Notes under the pieces: generated by a model
What the model saw: the letters and a program-made list of their open reading frames with translations, nothing else
Database searches by the model: none
What the model was told of the DNA's origin: nothing
Source of the DNA: Azolla caroliniana
Lineage: Eukaryota; Plantae; Polypodiophyta
NCBI GenBank assembly: GCA_043228905.1
Contig: JBHGNT010000001.1
Coordinates: forward strand, 9,300,001 to 9,364,000
Length of the DNA: 64,000 nt
Direction: 5' to 3'
Shown: positions 61,814 through 64,000 of the stretch, piece after piece
How the letters are laid out: every line of letters begins with the position of its first letter
Numbering within the stretch: the stretch's first letter is position 1
Program-made: the position numbers and the translations under genes

Positions 61814-64000
61814 CTGTTGTCGTAAACCAACACCCAGTCGTCTTCCTCGATCTTCTTCGGTCTCAACCGGTGTGTCCGGTCGAACCGGTCCTTGTTCTTC
61901 ATCCGCGCCACGTACAATTTCGCCTTTGCCCGTTCCACGTCCTCCGGCCTCTGCTCGAGCTGGCAAATCCGCCCCGTCGATAGCTCCTCCCGACTCATTT
62001 CATCCGCCCAGCCAATTGCCGCCCATGAAGAAATCGTCAGGTCGATCGGCATGATTGGCTTCTGCCCGTACATCACCTCTACCGGCATGAAACCGGTCAC
62101 TGAGCTGTGCGTAGTTCGGTCCGCCCACAATGTGTAAGGTAGGAGCCTCGGCCAATTCCCGACTTGCCCTTCGCACGCTCGTACTAACGCCTTTACGACT
62201 GGCCCTATTCACGCTCTATCTTCCCGTTCGCCTCTGGATTGTATGCCGTAGTGACGGAGAGTTTTACCCCTAACCAGCTGAACAACTCTTCAGCCTCTTC
62301 CGCATCCAGTTCTCCCCGGTCAACCACGATCTTCCCTACGTAGCCGTATCGACAGATCACCTCCTCGATTAGGAACCGGCACACGGCGGTAGTCGTCTTG
62401 TTCTGCAGTGCATGGCCCTCCACCTAGGTCGTCAGGTCTTCTCGCGCAAGCACCAGATACCGCATCTGCCCTATCCCCATCGACATCGTCACTAAGTTCA
62501 CCATCCATTTGAAATGGACAGTCATTGGGTAGGTCGGGTGCAACTCATCTCTGTGCCGGATTGTGGAATGCATCTGACAGCTCTTACAGGTCGTCACGAA
62601 CCGGTGCGTGGCCCACGTCCCGCGGTGTCCGGCCCAAGGACTCTCATGATATGCCGACAATAGTGCCTCATGCTCTTCCCTCCTCACTACTATGTGGAGT
62701 GGAACGTTGTTACACTTCTTCGGGTGCCTCCATATACTCCTGTTCCGCAGGAAGAACCGGTACGCCTTCTTCCGGATCCTGTTCGCCTCGTCCTTCGTCC
62801 ATGCCGCATCCGACGTTAAAGTTTTTAGGAACCCGCCAATCCAGAGCCACTCCCCGTCGTACTCGTTCTTGTTGAACTCATTGAGTGCCGGAGTGCTCCC
62901 CTCCCTTGCTGCTATGTGAGCCAATTCGAAGATGTCTACGCCGACTTCTTCATCTTCAGAGACCATGCCATCATCGTTGTCAAATCACGCTCTCGAAAGC
63001 ATATCGGCCATGGCATTGTCTTTCCCAGAGATGTGCCGTATCTCCGGATTCAAGGACTTGATGTAAGCGATCCACCTGAGCATAGCTAAGTCTGGAGTCG
63101 TGCATCCGAAGACCATACCTAGGATAGATAGGCAGTTCGTCTCGATTATTACCTTCGTCCCGATCAGATAGTCTTTGTTAGCCTTGACTGCCGAAACGAT
63201 ACCCTAGAGTTTGCGTTTAACCTGGGCTTATCCTCGCTGGCGCTCACTCAATACCTTCGCCCTGAACCGGATGGGGAACCTCGCACCATTCTCATCCTCC
63301 TGATTGACCACCCATTCGATCTTGGTCAGGGTTGTGTCCACGATCACATAAACTGGAACCCCCTTTTCGTAAACCACTTTCTAGAGGGTTGGTGCCACGG
63401 TTATCACCTCTTTTAACCTCTTGACTGACTCCGCGTGCTCCTCGTTCCATTCGAACTTACGACCCCTTTTCAGTAACCTGTAGAGCGGTTGCGCGACGTG
63501 TGCGTAATGTGGAATCCAGATGTGGTAGAACGTGCACGCACCGAGAAACCTCCGGACCTCTATAACCGACTTGCGTTCTTCCTTCATCACGAAGATGGCC
63601 TCCACCTTTGCCGGAGACGGTTTCCGGCCATAAGGCCGCACAAGTGTCCAACCACCAAGATTTCGGATTGCTCGAAAGCCGACTTCTCTCTGGAGAAGGT
63701 GAGCTGCGCACTCTCAAGCCTCTGTAGCACCTTTTCGTAGTCGTCGATGTGGTCCACCACGAATCTCTGGCATCCGTCCGGGCCCAACTGATTCATCCTT
63801 ATCTTCCATTGGACATCGCTTGATCGGGATGTTGTCCAAGAATGGCATTTTGATGCCCGGGATGCAGTCCCTCAACACCTTGTTCATCACATTCACCATG
63901 TGCGCTACCGAGTTCGTCCCTCCTTGCGATAGGGTACAAATCCGCACTAAGCCAAGAGGAGTCCGCATTGTCGTAATATCCCTGCTCTCTACAGCTAGTT
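61814..64000 (-). mobile_element. Decayed Ty3/gypsy pol (RT, RNase H, integrase); continues beyond the window
   Basis: LSQGGTNSVAH..MPFLDNIPIK (RT), EVRRFLGAC, HESPWAGHRG..CKSCQ (IN zinc finger), YNPEANGKIER, PVEVMYGQ; multiple stops and frameshifts. Confidence 0.92.

Noticed and set aside
1-64000. Hammerhead ribozyme or retrozyme in LTRs
   Set aside because: The CTGATGA occurrences I inspected lack the paired stems and GAAA core; the check by eye was not exhaustive.

Overview
AT-rich, TE-dense nuclear DNA from a land plant. A DYW:KP-type PPR gene points to a fern or another seed-free lineage; this is an inference. Host genes: the last two exons of NDUFS6 (complex I 13 kDa-A), an intronless 1111-aa PLS-PPR-E-DYW editing factor, tRNA-Glu(TTC), tRNA-Ala(AGC), a complete three-exon Elongin C gene and a convergent, strongly diverged second Elongin C-like gene. 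Mobile DNA: a pol-less gag-bearing LTR element with a tRNA-Trp primer-binding site and an internal repeat array (11.3-16.6 kb); a rearranged minus-strand Copia (19.3-30.1 kb) that hosts a very young intact Copia (24.1-29.4 kb); two MITEs; a LINE 3' fragment; and a decayed Ty3/gypsy pol at the right edge. The best leads are the KP-type deaminase with a shortened gating region and a GSK terminus, the Trp-primed repeat-array element, a MITE with tRNA-like TIRs, and the Elongin C paralog pair. All alignments were done by eye; no searches were run.
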